The position numbers and the translations under genes are program-made. DNA of 64,000 nt, from contig NC_068989.1 in assembly GCF_001194135.2 (NCBI RefSeq), positions 92,534,475 to 92,598,474 of the forward strand, in the 5' to 3' direction. The stretch is from Octopus bimaculoides. Taxonomy: Eukaryota. The notes beneath the pieces were generated by a model that was not told the DNA's origin, ran no database searches, and saw only the letters and a program-made list of their open reading frames with translations. Below, piece after piece: positions 25,642-38,362 of this stretch (position 1 is the first letter of the stretch; every line of letters begins with the position of its first letter).

Positions 25642-25930
25642 TACTCCGTCGTCAGGAAGGCGCGTGTTCAAGTTGGTCCGGTCAACGGAAAAGCTTGCTC
25701 GTGAAACGAAGGTACACGTGACTGAGTAGTCCACAGACCCGTGAGTTATTGACTTAGTTCTTAGAGCAGTCAAGCGTCAAAAAGAATGCGACATGGCTGA
25801 CTCTTTGAAATACAGACACTACTCATTTTCGCCAGATGAGTGGACTGGAGCAACGTGAAATAAAGTTACTTGCTTAAGGACATAATGCACAGCCAGGAAT
25901 TTAAACTCACGACTTTGCGATCGTAAACCG
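25642..25930 (-). mobile_element. CORE-type tRNA SINE (third SINE family)
   Basis: Minus strand: tRNA-like head (GAGTTTAAATTCC), CORE-like gtccttaagcaagtaactttatttcacgttgctccagtccactcatctggcgaaaatgag, and a tail homologous to 52068-52245. Confidence 0.7.
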
Positions 25931-26832
25931 AGAACCTTCTAACCCATACTCTTTCACACACTGGAATACAATCACACACACATGCACAAGCATACGCACG
26001 CGCACACACACACACATACATATAAAAGAATACAAAAAATGGGACAAGAACGCAAAACATCCAGATAGATGATACAACAAAAGGGACAAGAAAAAACAAG
26101 GACGGGTCATTCGGAGTTTTCTTTCCTCAGTCGAGTTCCAGATTATCTTTGCAATTTCGGCCGGTTATACCCGAGTTTGCTCCAATCTGGACAGCCCCAA
26201 GGAAAATCTAAGCTAAGAGCACTAGATTCTTTGGAAGAAAGCAGCGAAAGTATACAAAAACAAGGACAGAAAAAAAAAACGGAGAAATGGTACCCAAACA
26301 CAAATGCAACTAATTGGACATTAACAACGGGTATCTTTTGACTAAGAACGAATTGAGTTAAGCTGGCGTGTGTGAAAGTGAATCCTTACGGCAGGGACAT
26401 AGAGATGACAGGCATGGGAAGGAATATAGATGTTGCACGGATGGCAGTCGAACCAAAAATCATAGGTCAGGCTTGGCCGAACAACGGTTACGTAAAGGGA
26501 GAAGAGAGAGGTAGAGGCAGAGGGATAGAAGAATTAGGGAGGGACGAGATAACAGAAAAGGGACAGAGTGAAGTGAAAGAGGGGGAAAGTGAGAATGAAG
26601 GGAAGATCAGGTAATGTGAGAGGGGGGGAATGAAAGAAAGAAAGAAGAGTGGAAAGAACGACACACTCGCACACGCACACCTCTTACAAATATATCCATG
26701 TCCAAGATTTATCGCTTAGAAATCAAGAAAAATAATTTTATTAAAACGCTCACTTATGTCACCATGCACGTAGTTATTCTAATTCGTTTAAGTGATGGAA
26801 GGCAAGCGTTCGTTCATTTATTTTACTGCTGC

Positions 26833-26877
<45 letters not shown>

Positions 26878-26961
26878 CTTTGTGTGTGCTTTAGTTTGAA
26901 GGAGAGGCAATACCCGAGCTTTTTTGCTGTGCCTCAGTGACTGATTGCAGGGCTGGGGGTG

Positions 26962-27040
26962 GCAAAAGCAATCTTGCAAAAGCAATCTTGCAAAAGCAAT
27001 CTTGCAAAAGCAATCTTGCAAAAGCAATCTTGCAATAGCA
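26962..27040. repeat. 14-bp minisatellite (GCAAAAGCAATCTT) x5 plus partial
   Basis: Five perfect copies at 26962-27031. Confidence 0.95.
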
Positions 27041-29157
27041 TGTACATTGCAAAAAAAGAACCAAGATGCTAGAAAGTGAGGTGTTAAAACGGTTAAGTCT
27101 AGCGCCCAAAAGGTCCATCGCTTGATTTGAACTTCTAAGGCAAAGAGACGAAATATCGCCAAGCGTCCACATCGATGTTGCAACATTCCGCCAGGCCATC
27201 ACCCAGGTTTGGTTCTTGAAAAAAGCAAACACATAGATACATACATAGACAAACACACGCACATAAATATATGAATGTGTGTGTATATGCATGCATGACG
27301 TTTAGCTAACTCACGAAACATTTCTCGACTCGGGGTTTTTGTAAGAGACACTTGCTCGGAGTGCCGCGCAGTAAGAGTAACTCCGAAACCACAGGGTTTT
27401 AAAAGTGAGTTTCTTAACCACACATCTACGCCTACGCCTCTAACACATTTTTACAATAATCCTTTTATTATAGCAACCAATAGATTCATTTTCCTTTCTT
27501 TTCTTTTTTTATTTTATGTTGTATTAATTACACAAGTTTACATCGAAATTATATTTACCCATTTCTTTTGTACGAAGCCTGTAGATATCTCTATATTTTG
27601 TGTACAATAATTAAGTTGTTAGCTTCTTCTCGCGGTGATCAATTGATCAGCAACAAATCCGATATCATATCATTATTCATTTAATTTCCTTACAAATAGA
27701 TTGGTTAATTATACCAATACTTTCATAAAATACTATAACGTATATTTGATTTATAGTTAATTAGTTAAAATCAAAATATTAACTGAAATCTCTTTTTTCC
27801 TTTTTTCCTCAAATAATTGAATTATCAACTTAATGATATTCAATATTTTCTGAATGTATAACTAGAATTAAAATTTTATTTAAATATACGGTCTTTAGAG
27901 ATTCATTAAAAGCAGCTAGAGCTTAACTCTTAGAAACGGATCTTGTGTGAGAATCTTCGGCACCACAGACATGTCTTCTTATGTGCCTCCCCATCTCTCC
28001 GTCTTGCAATGCGTTCTCTTTCTCTCAGCCCTGTATTGTGTACTTCTCCTACTTGTACTTGCGGCAGCATTCACCCAGGATGAGTTGAGCCGGCTCAATC
28101 AACGAGATCACCGCGTCCCTCACGAATGCTGACCACATCCGTCGGTCGGCCGCACGTCGGAGAGCGTAGACGTAGTAGTGGTAGCTGTCGTTCGCTGTTG
28201 AGGTGCAGAGTTCATGTTCAAATTTTCTGTCTGGATACACGTTAGCATGTGGTCCCTGGTCATATGCGTACACACCTTCGGGTAGTGTAATCCCTAGCAG
28301 CTCACCTTGCTTTCGACTGTCGCAGAGGATTCGCTGACCAAATCACTGCTGATTATCAGAGCAGACATAGACTGGGCTTGAAGCGAGTTCTAAAGACATG
28401 CTTTAACAAAAGCTGAGGGATCCCTCACTTCTATTGTTCTTCCAGCACGCCTGACACCAACCCAGAACTTTTCAGGACCCGTGCTACTGCTAGATACTTG
28501 TTGATTCTACACTAGGCTCATCCATCCTTCTGTTTTGTCTTGTTTTAGTCCTGCTGTGTTTCAAGCAACCCGCTTCACCAGGCCAGCCTAGTGGGGAAGC
28601 CGGTTTAGTCACCGGAGACCGAACCATGGAACAAGCTGTACTGAATTTCATGTTACCAGTAGCACTCATAAGAGATCTCACAAATCACTTAACCCGAGTG
28701 ACCCCATCCGTCTAGCCCAACAATGAGTAATTTCCTCTCCAAGCTCTAAATTGAGCGAGTCCTTCTGCCCAAGACCTAAAGCTGAGACACCTAAATAGAC
28801 ACACGAGATTACAAGGTTTCACAACATGATTGCGCTATGTACAATAGAACAATTCCAACTTTAGTCAATAAAATCTTTCTACATCTTTCAATCAGAAGTT
28901 AACCTGCAGCACAATTGTCATTCAACAAAACTCCACCGATATACGTACCACTGACAATATAAAGTCAATGATGAAGTCAAATGCACCACAGACCGACGAA
29001 GGCTAAACAGGCCAAAACATCAAAGTCCTTGTCAACTTTATTCATGTAAAAAGTAATGAATATGTACTCTACAAAGAGTATTGAGTAATCCTTCAGTTTA
29101 ATGTAAAACTGTTTTTATTATAACTCAATATAAAAACAAGCATTTATATATATGTGT

Positions 29158-29349
29158 TCTTTTATTCTTTTATTTGTTTCTGTCTTTTGACTGTGGCCAT
29201 GCTGGAACACTGCCCTTACTCGAACAAATCGATCCCAAGACTTATTTTTTGTATTCCTAGTGCTTATTCAAGCGGTCTCTTTTGCCGAACCGCTAGTTTA
29301 CGGGAACGTAAACACACCAACATCAGTTCTCAAGCGATGGTGGAGGTAT

Positions 29350-29388
<39 letters not shown>

Positions 29389-29401
29389 NNNNNNNNNNTA
29401 T

Positions 29402-29440
<39 letters not shown>

Positions 29441-29616
29441 TATATATATATATACGACGGGCTTCTTTCAGTTTCCGTCTACCAAATCCACTCACAAGCC
29501 TTTGGTCGACCCGAAATTATAGTAGGAGACACTTGCTCAAGGCGCCACGCAGTGGGACTGAACCCGGAACCATGTGGCTGGTAAGCGAGCTACTTACCAC
29601 ACAGCCACTCCTGCGC
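29158..29616 (-). mobile_element. tRNA-derived SINE family B, full length
   Basis: Reverse complement of the 36291-36724 type: head GCGCAGGAGTGGCTGTGTGG, GGGTTCAGTCCC, CORE-like cttgagcaagtgtctcctactata, internal (CA)n, AAAAGAAT tail. Confidence 0.9.
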
Positions 29617-29911
29617 ATGTATGTTTTTCTTCCGTGCCACCTCTTTTACTGACATTACACACAAACATCTGAGTGGCGGAGTTGGCTCAGTGGATATAGT
29701 GTTGGACAACAAACGAGATTCTGAAAGTTCATATCCTGTAAACAACATTGCACTGTATCTCTGATCTCGACATTTAACTCTCAAATAGCTCCGACCACCT
29801 AACTGTCAACAGGTCCAACACATTACAAGGCATACTATAACCAACGAAGCTACAATTAGTTGTATGATTAATTATTTCAAGTTATTTGTTGAATTTCGTG
29901 TAAAAATACAT

Positions 29912-30012
29912 GCGACCATGCTGGAGCACCGCCTTTAGTCGAACAAATCAGCTCCAGGACTTATTCTTGGTAAGCCTAGTACTTATTCTATCGATCTCTT
30001 TTGCCGAACTGC
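29912..30012 (-). mobile_element. SINE family B tail fragment
   Basis: gcgaccatgctggagcaccgcctttagtcgaac...aagcctagtacttattctatcgatctcttttgccgaac. Confidence 0.8.
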
Positions 30013-31609
30013 TACTCCATGCTGCTACTCAACCCCCATAGATTGAGTCACTCCCCAGGCTCATACTTCTTGGATCTACACTGTTGTGATTAGTGTTGAA
30101 CGCCAGTGGTGTGTGATGTGGTGTCCAACATTCCCTTATGGTTTAAACTTCTCGCCTTCAGTATATTTCACTCTAAGTGCACACCAACCTCGTTTATGAT
30201 CTATTATTTCACCACATTCTATTTATCTCTTAACGTTGTTAATATCTCTTTTAATGTTGGTTGCTTTTGATCACATAATTGGTGGGGAGAGGTGCTGATT
30301 TTTTTCTTGTTGTTCTTTATTTCTTCCTGCCAAATTCTCTGTCATTTATCATACACCAATTCTTGGCAATTCATAAGTTTTGTTCTGCTATAAGTATATA
30401 CATATATATCACAAGAAGGCCACAAAAAGCTTCAAACTATCGCCCTTGTAATTGACTCGTTTGATCTTAAATCTATCTAAAATAGATGCCGGGAAAAATT
30501 TAGATTTGTTTTTCGGCAACTTACTCCTTTATAATAAACACGCGTATATTTCATGCTGCACCAATTATCTCCCAACCTTCCATTATCCAAATTTAAGGGA
30601 CCATATCATAAGACAATTTTGCGTTTCTGTACTGCTGATCCTTTCGCCTGTAGCGTTTCTATAAATTTCCTCCGCTTTTTCTCTCTCGTTTTTCGACGAA
30701 CCTTAAGACAACCGTTATTATTGCTTGTAATAAATTAGTCTTAACTCTTTCCTTCATCTTCTTCAGTTCTGATGGTAATATACCAACTACATTTAGAGTT
30801 TATAACCATTATCTACCATAACTTCTTCGACACGCAACGCTTTTTATCAATTGCAAGATTCTTAAAGGGCTGAAATTAAGATTGGCGTTGCTTTTGATTT
30901 TGATTCTTTCGTTCCTATTGCAGTATTATCCAAGACCCCATTTAGCTTTTGGTACAATGACTTCTGATTTCCGTGTGGAACACACAGCTTCTGATTGTAT
31001 TGATTTCTTTTCTGCTGAAAACTGTTCATGTTAGATGCTTATGCTAAATGACTTGGTGTTAACATTTGTATCACAGTGTTACAAATCCTTTGCGTTGCAT
31101 TAAATATTTTGGTTCGACATATCAAGTCGTTTTTCGCCGGTCTGTTTCTATGTGGCGGAAAAAATCGATATTACATTTACGTATGGAAGTTAACGTTTAA
31201 TACACATTTTAGTAAACTTTTAACCTTTAACGTGTAACACTTGTGTTTTAGTTGGAAATCAAATAATTGGCATTTGTTATAAATGTACTTCAAACCGAAC
31301 ATACTTGGATAAATACATACACACTTACACAAAGACAGACTCATATATATTCATTTAGGTATTTAATGCGTAAGTATACACACACTCGCTCACACGCACT
31401 CACACTCGCACGCACACGCACACGCACACGCACACACACACAAACAAACACACATATATACATATATATGCATACATATGTTTGCTTTTTTTGTATATAT
31501 GTCTACATGGTCACGTATGACTTCGTATGTGACCTTAAATTGGGGGTCGAAAAATAAATGCCAGTTGAACACTAGAGGTAATATATACATACATATGATA
31601 TGTATATAC

Positions 31610-31660
<51 letters not shown>

Positions 31661-32034
31661 CACATACATATGATGATGATGATAATTACAATATGCAATA
31701 TAAGTACGAAACGATTATTAAGTTGGATTCCTTTTACCTTTCTCGCAGCATTTCATGTAACGAGGGTAAATAAGGTTTTGTAGCCCTAGGTTTGCTTTGA
31801 ACAGACTAGACTTCAGATGAAAACTATGCCCAGCCGAAGCAACGCAGGTATAGTTTCAGATATACTATACCTAGGATTTACATAATCCAGTCAGTCACTT
31901 ATTGATGGTCTGAGTGAGATTTCATTGTTATTTCTTGGAGGACGAGAAGTCTCCCAGTTTAGAAAAGACATTAATTTATAAAATTCGTTTCAGATTTTAC
32001 CACAAGTTCAGCAATTTAACGGGAGGATGCAAGC

Positions 32035-32185
32035 TGGTTACATCGCCCCAGTGCTCAACTGGTCCTTTATATTATCGGCCATAAAAAGCAAAGTCGACCT
32101 CTTCGGAATTTGATCTCAGTACGTAGAGACGGACGAAATATCGCTAAGCATGTTTTCGCCGGCATGCTAACGACACAGCCAGCTT
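32035..32185 (-). mobile_element. SINE family A, degenerate
   Basis: gcaaagtcgacctc..ggaatttga.ctcag.acgta.agacggacgaaat..cgctaagcat..tgctaacga, shared with 15181-15377. Confidence 0.75.
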
Positions 32186-32372
32186 GTTGCTGTATCGATA
32201 TATAATATTAGATTTTATTCCTTAAACGTGCAGGGATTTTAGCTTCATTACTTATCTGACAGGTGTCTAGTGACGGATCAACCTGCTAGAATTAGTCCAC
32301 AACTCTTACGTTTTTATTTATGCGAATAGTAAATGTTAATACATACATATATATACATGTGTGTGTGTGTGT

Positions 32373-32420
<48 letters not shown>

Positions 32421-32441
32421 ATATATAGTTGGAATTTTCAA

Positions 32442-32610
32442 AAAAAAAACAAAAGACGAAGACAGGTGTGTAAACAACAAACAGGTGTATTAGTTTAACG
32501 CCCGGGAAGGTGAGCAAGTCTTTTATGTTTCGAACCTACGCTCTTCAACAGAAAGGAACACGAGAAAATAAACAGAGAGGGAATAAAAAAGGTTTAGTGG
32601 ATAGCGGTCG
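32442..32610 (-). mobile_element. Dispersed repeat family D with HHR-like motif, copy 2
   Basis: Minus strand 32520-32556: CCTTT-CTGTTGA-A-GAGC gtag GTTC-GAAAC-ATA-AAAG. Confidence 0.6.
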
Positions 32611-33971
32611 ATGTATGTATAAGTATATATACATGTACGTATGTATTTATGTATGTATATATGTATGTACATAAATATTAAAATAGATGCATGAACGCGT
32701 GTGTCAGTGTGTGTTTGTGTGTGCGTATACGCTAGTATCGAACAGTGGTAAGTGCTCAATAATGTGTGTGTATGTGCGTGTGTGTGCGTATGTGTGTGTG
32801 GGGGGGTGTATGTGTAGGTAGTTAATCTGTGTAAAATACGACGAGAAAATCATCGAAATTAAATCAAATTCGAATGGGAAAGGGTGGAGGATAGATGTCC
32901 TGCAATAATTAATTATGTCCTTTAATTAGGTCCTTTAATTATTTGCCATTACGTCCTGAATGCATTTCCCAACGTGATCGATTTTTCTCTTTCCCATTAC
33001 CCGGAGCAATTAAACAAAGTTCGAGTCGAGATAATTATATACAAACAATCCTTTAGCATAAAAAGAAAAAAACAATACAAAGAAATATTATAAGGAAAGC
33101 CTTGTTCGTTTTGAATAAAGTAGAATGAATAAATTTCGGTCTGAATATCCAAGTATGAGTGATCCGTTGGTCGATCAACAGAACTAGCCATCTCATTGAA
33201 CTATCGAGTAAGTGGCCGAGTACTCCAAAGCCACATGTGACCTAAATGTAAATTCCCAGCGAAATTTTCTTATCGTACACACATGGATGGAAACATGCGC
33301 ATGGATACTAGCGAGAGGTACTCTGGTAATGGGTATTAGAGCTTCGTCTATCAGTATTTCCCACCAGCACACCCTGGGTGTTAGACACAAGGTTTGCCAC
33401 GCCCAAATTATTGCATCTAAGCACACACACATACATGAAGACGTACACGTCCAAACATGATTTTAACATTGTACACCTGATGTATCCCAATGTTCCGCCC
33501 TTTATTTGCATTCATATCAACGCCATATCACCCATACTCATACCCCAGCCCATTCAGAAGACTGTTACCCCCTTACACCCCAAAACTTCACTAAGCCTTG
33601 TGGAAGAAGTATAACACTAGATGATTTCACCTCTAACCTTCTCCCACGGAATCTTTTCGTTCCGTTTTATACAAACACCACAAACTGGACGTGGAACTTT
33701 TTTGCCTTCAAGGAACAGAGCTGTCAACATATTATTCATAGCAGCCCATGCGATGAGCGTGGCGGCTTTCAGAGTTTTCTCCCGAGCTTACGTGTGCCAA
33801 ACCAACTGTAAAATAGCCTGAGATGGATCTAAAGTAATGTACTGTATAAATATTTATATATCCGCTCTATTGACAAATATAGGAGTGATTTTTATATTTT
33901 TCGGACTTATGGGGTCTTAGACAGATATGTGTGTCTCAGATATATATGTATGTGTATATATGTATATATAT

Positions 33972-34351
33972 TCTTTTATTCTTTTGTTTCAGTCATTTGA
34001 CTGCGACCATGCTGGACCAACGCCTTTAGACGAGCAAACTGACGCCAGGATTTATTCTTTGTAAGCCTAGTACGTATTCTATCAGTCCTCTTTGCCGAAC
34101 CACTAAGTTACGGGGACGTAAACACACCAGCATCGGTTGTCAAGTGATGTTGGCGGGGGACAACACGCACACACAAACACACACATACATATGTAGAGGG
34201 ATACGACAGCCTTCCTTCAGTCTCCGTCTAACAAATCCATCCACAAGGCTTTTGTCGGTCTGAGGTTATGGTAGAAGATACTTTCCCGAGGTGCCACGCT
34301 GTGGGACTGAACCCGGGACCATATAGTTGGGAAGCAAACTACTAACCACAC
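33972..34351 (-). mobile_element. SINE family B, near full length
   Basis: Collinear with the reverse complement of 36291-36724. Confidence 0.85.
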
Positions 34352-34564
34352 ACACACACACACACACACTCACATAGTACCCCTCCAATGTCTAGAACCG
34401 TAAATATTACGTGATTTTTCTTTTAGAATTTTCGCGTAAACTGGCGTTGCAAAAGGGGATGAGACGGAAACATTTGTAACTTAGAATTAAAGATGCGTTA
34501 AAGAATTTTCTTTGTCTTCTTTCCATTGGACGTGTGTATGTGTGTATGTGTGTGTGTGTGTGTG

Positions 34565-34622
<58 letters not shown>

Positions 34623-35871
34623 TTACAAATTAAAAAGGTAAAGGATTATCAATTTATTAATTAATAAATCAATTAATAATTAATAATTTNNNNNNNNNNN
34701 NNNNNNNNNNNNNNNNNNNNNNNNNNNNNNNNNNNNNNNNNNNNNNNNNNNNNNNNNNNNNNNNNNNNNNNNNNNNNNNNNNNNNNNNNNNNNNNNNNNN
34801 NNNNNNNNNNNNNNNNNNNNNNNNNNNNNNNNNNNNNNNNNNNNNNNNNNNNNNNNNNNNNNNNNNNNNNNNNNNNNNNNNNNNNNNNNNNNNNNNNNNN
34901 NNNNNNNNNNNNNNNNNNNNNNNNNNNNNNNNNNNNNNNNNNNNNNNNNNNNNNNNNNNNNNNNNNNNNNNNNNNNNNNNNNNNNNNNNNNNNNNNNNNN
35001 NNNNNNNNNNNNNNNNNNNNNNNNNNNNNNNNNNNNNNNNNNNNNNNNNNNNNNNNNNNNNNNNNNNNNNNNNNNNNNNNNNNNNNNNNNNNNNNNNNNN
35101 NNNNNNNNNNNNNNNNNNNNNNNNNNNNNNNNNNNNNNNNNNNNNNNNNNNNNNNNNNNNNNNNNNNNNNNNNNNNNNNNNNNNNNNNNNNNNNNNNNNN
35201 NNNNNNNNNNNNNNNNNNNNNNNNNNNNNNNNNNNNNNNNNNNNNNNNNNNNNNNNNNNNNNNNNNNNNNNNNNNNNNNNNNNNNNNNNNNNNNNNNNNN
35301 NNNNNNNNNNNNNNNNNNNNNNNNNNNNNNNNNNNNNNNNNNNNNNNNNNNNNNNNNNNNNNNNNNNNNNNNNNNNNNNNNNNNNNNNNNNNNNNNNNNN
35401 NNNNNNNNNNNNNNNNNNNNNNNNNNNNNNNNNNNNNNNNNNNNNNNNNNNNNNNNNNNNNNNNNNNNNNNNNNNNNNNNNNNNNNNNNNNNNNNNNNNN
35501 NNNNNNNNNNNNNNNNNNNNNNNNNNNNNNNNNNNNNNNNNNNNNNNNNNNNNNNNNNNNNNNNNNNNNNNNNNNNNNNNNNNNNNNNNNNNNNNNNNNN
35601 NNNNNCAAAAAGTAATGCCATTTTCTTTATTTCATGTGAAGTTTTTGATAAAAATAACTGAAAATTTTACCAGTTATAAATGATTATATCATTTACGTTC
35701 TGAAATAATTTGTTTCTTACTTTTTAGGTTTTTAGACTGGTAAGGAAAATTCAAACTGGCACAAAATGCTAAGAGGTGGAATCGAACCTGATGTCACGTC
35801 GTTGCAAATTGACCCGTTAACTTTTCGGCCAAATAAGCATTGATATATCTGTGAATCTGTGCATGCGCGTA

Positions 35872-35907
<36 letters not shown>

Positions 35908-36048
35908 AAGTGTGTGTTTGAAGTGTGTGTGTGTGTGTGAATACATTTACATTTACAGTTGTAGATATACAAAAATACGTGTATGTGCTTTAGATTCGTG
36001 ACTATGGTAACTGTCCGACTACTTATTGATCAGACGATCTATATATAT

Positions 36049-36079
<31 letters not shown>

Positions 36080-36140
36080 CTTGTACATAGATACAAACTC
36101 GTCCTACCATATTTTGATTTGTACGATTGTGTGTGGAAAC

Positions 36141-36171
<31 letters not shown>

Positions 36172-36290
36172 CATACATACATACATACATACAGACAGAC
36201 AGACAGACAGAGACAAAGACACAGAGAGAGAAACGGAGCGAGAGAGAGGGAGATAACTCTCGGCCCTGTTTCTGTTTAATATAAATAATA

Positions 36291-36724
36291 GGCGCTGGAG
36301 TGGTTCTGTGGTAAGTAGCTTCCTTACGAACAACATGGTTCTGGGTTCAGTCCCACTGCGTGGCATCTCGGGCAAGTGTCTCCTGCTATAGCCTCGGGAC
36401 GACCAAAGCCTTATGTGTGGATTTGGTAGACGGAAACTGAAAGCAGCCCGTCGTATATATATACATATATATGTGTGTGTTTGTGTGTGTTTGTATGTGT
36501 GTGTGTGATTGTGTGTCTGTGTTTGTCCCCTTCCCGAATATCGCTTGACAACCGATGCTGGTGTGTTTACGTGCCCGTAGCTTAGCGGTTCGACAAAAAG
36601 AACCAATAGAATAAGTACTAGGCTTACAAAGAATAAATCCTGGGGTCAATTAGCTCGACTAAAGGTGTTGCTCCAGCATGGCCGCATTCAATTGACTGAA
36701 ACAAGTAAAAGGGTAAAAGAGTAA
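36291..36724 (+). mobile_element. SINE family B, full length (tRNA head, CORE-like block, (TG)n, A-rich tail)
   Basis: GGCGCTGGAGTGGTTCTGTGG head, GGGTTCAGTCCC B-box-like motif, ggcatctcgggcaagtgtctcctgctatagcc, tail gactgaaacaagtaaaagggtaaaagag. Confidence 0.9.
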
Positions 36725-37675
36725 TATATATGTATATATATGAGTGTGGTGTAGCACGGCCACAGCCTTAAGGCTGAAATATATAAAAGAATAAAAGAAA
36801 ATATATATATGATTTATAAATATATGTAATATATATATATACAATATATAGTACATAAGCACCCATACACCCACACACAGACACACACATATTTGTATGT
36901 ATAAATACAAATATATATCTGTACAAATATACATCTATCTATTTATCTATCTATCCATCCATCTATGAATTATCTCTCTCTCTATATATATATGTATATA
37001 TATAAATGTATATATATATATATATATNNNNNNNNNNNNNNNNNNNNNNNNNNNNNNNNNNNNNNNNNNNNNNNNNNNNNNNNNNNNNNNNNNNNNNNNN
37101 NNNNNNNNNNNNNNNNNNNNNNNNNNNNNNNNNNNNNNNNNNNNNNNNNNNNNNNNNNNNNNNNNNNNNNNNATATAACAAATAGATTTTATGGTCCTTT
37201 ATTGTACCGTACAACCGAAGCCCTAACAGCGAGCCACACGCAAAACCATTCACCTCCACTTTCCGGTCGATTGAGCAAAGGCGAGATCAAATAATCACAA
37301 GATCAAATTTACTCTGAACACTGGATTATGTTACATTAGAGATTACTGCCGGCGATTTATACACGGCATTGGCTGACTCTAATGTCCGCTTGTAGCCACA
37401 TAAAATGTGTGTTACTCTGTGTCTTCGGTCGGTTTATGATTGGGAATCCGTGTGTGCATGTGCGCGTGTGCGCGCGCGCAATACTTCAGAGATACAGAAT
37501 AATTGTTTGTGTGCGTGTGTGTGTGCTAGTGTTTCTGCGTGTGTGTCTGCGTGTGTGTTTGCGTGTGTGAGTGTGTGTATGTGCGTGTGTGTGTGCGCGC
37601 ACGTGTGTGTGTGTGTGTGCGTGTGTGTATATATAGATAGATGTATGTATATATATGTATATGTATATGTGTGTT

Positions 37676-37714
<39 letters not shown>

Positions 37715-37865
37715 GTATGTATGTATGTATGTATATGTATATATATAAATATATACATGCATTTATATTTGAAAATATATATGTATATTTACATGTATGT
37801 ATATATGTATATTGCTCTTTTACTATATCTGAAGACATATCCAACACGCACACATTCACTCACAA

Positions 37866-37896
<31 letters not shown>

Positions 37897-38319
37897 CACA
37901 CACACACGTACATACGCACAAATACAAACATACATATAATTACAGATTTATATACACCCACAGAGCATATATGTGTGTGCACGTGTGTGTGTGTATGATA
38001 TATGTATGCCTGTATGTATGCCTGTATGTATGTATGTATGTATGTATGTATGTATGTGTGTATGTATGTATGTGTATGTATGTATGTGTGTATGTGTGCA
38101 GTGAATAGTCATACATAAGTAAAATATTCGTTCGTCTACGCGCAAAAATTTAATCTATCTGTTTACAAAGATTTTGAACAGGCTGTCGGTGCAATGATTG
38201 ATACAAGTACTGTTTATGTGTGTGTGTGTGTGTGTGTGTATCTGTGAGTGTATTAGTGTGTCTGTGCTTGTGTGTCTGTGCTTGTGTGTGTGTGTGTGTG
38301 AGAGAGAGTGTGTGTGTGT

Positions 38320-38362
<43 letters not shown>

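Noticed and set aside
33200-33830. Repeat-free island with short open frames (e.g. minus strand KTLKAATLIAWAAMNNMLTALFLEGKK)
   Set aside because: No recognisable motif or splice structure.
35765-35830. tRNA gene-like sequence (GGTTCGATTCC on the minus strand; similar head at 29673-29740)
   Set aside because: No complete cloverleaf; treated as SINE or pseudo-tRNA debris.
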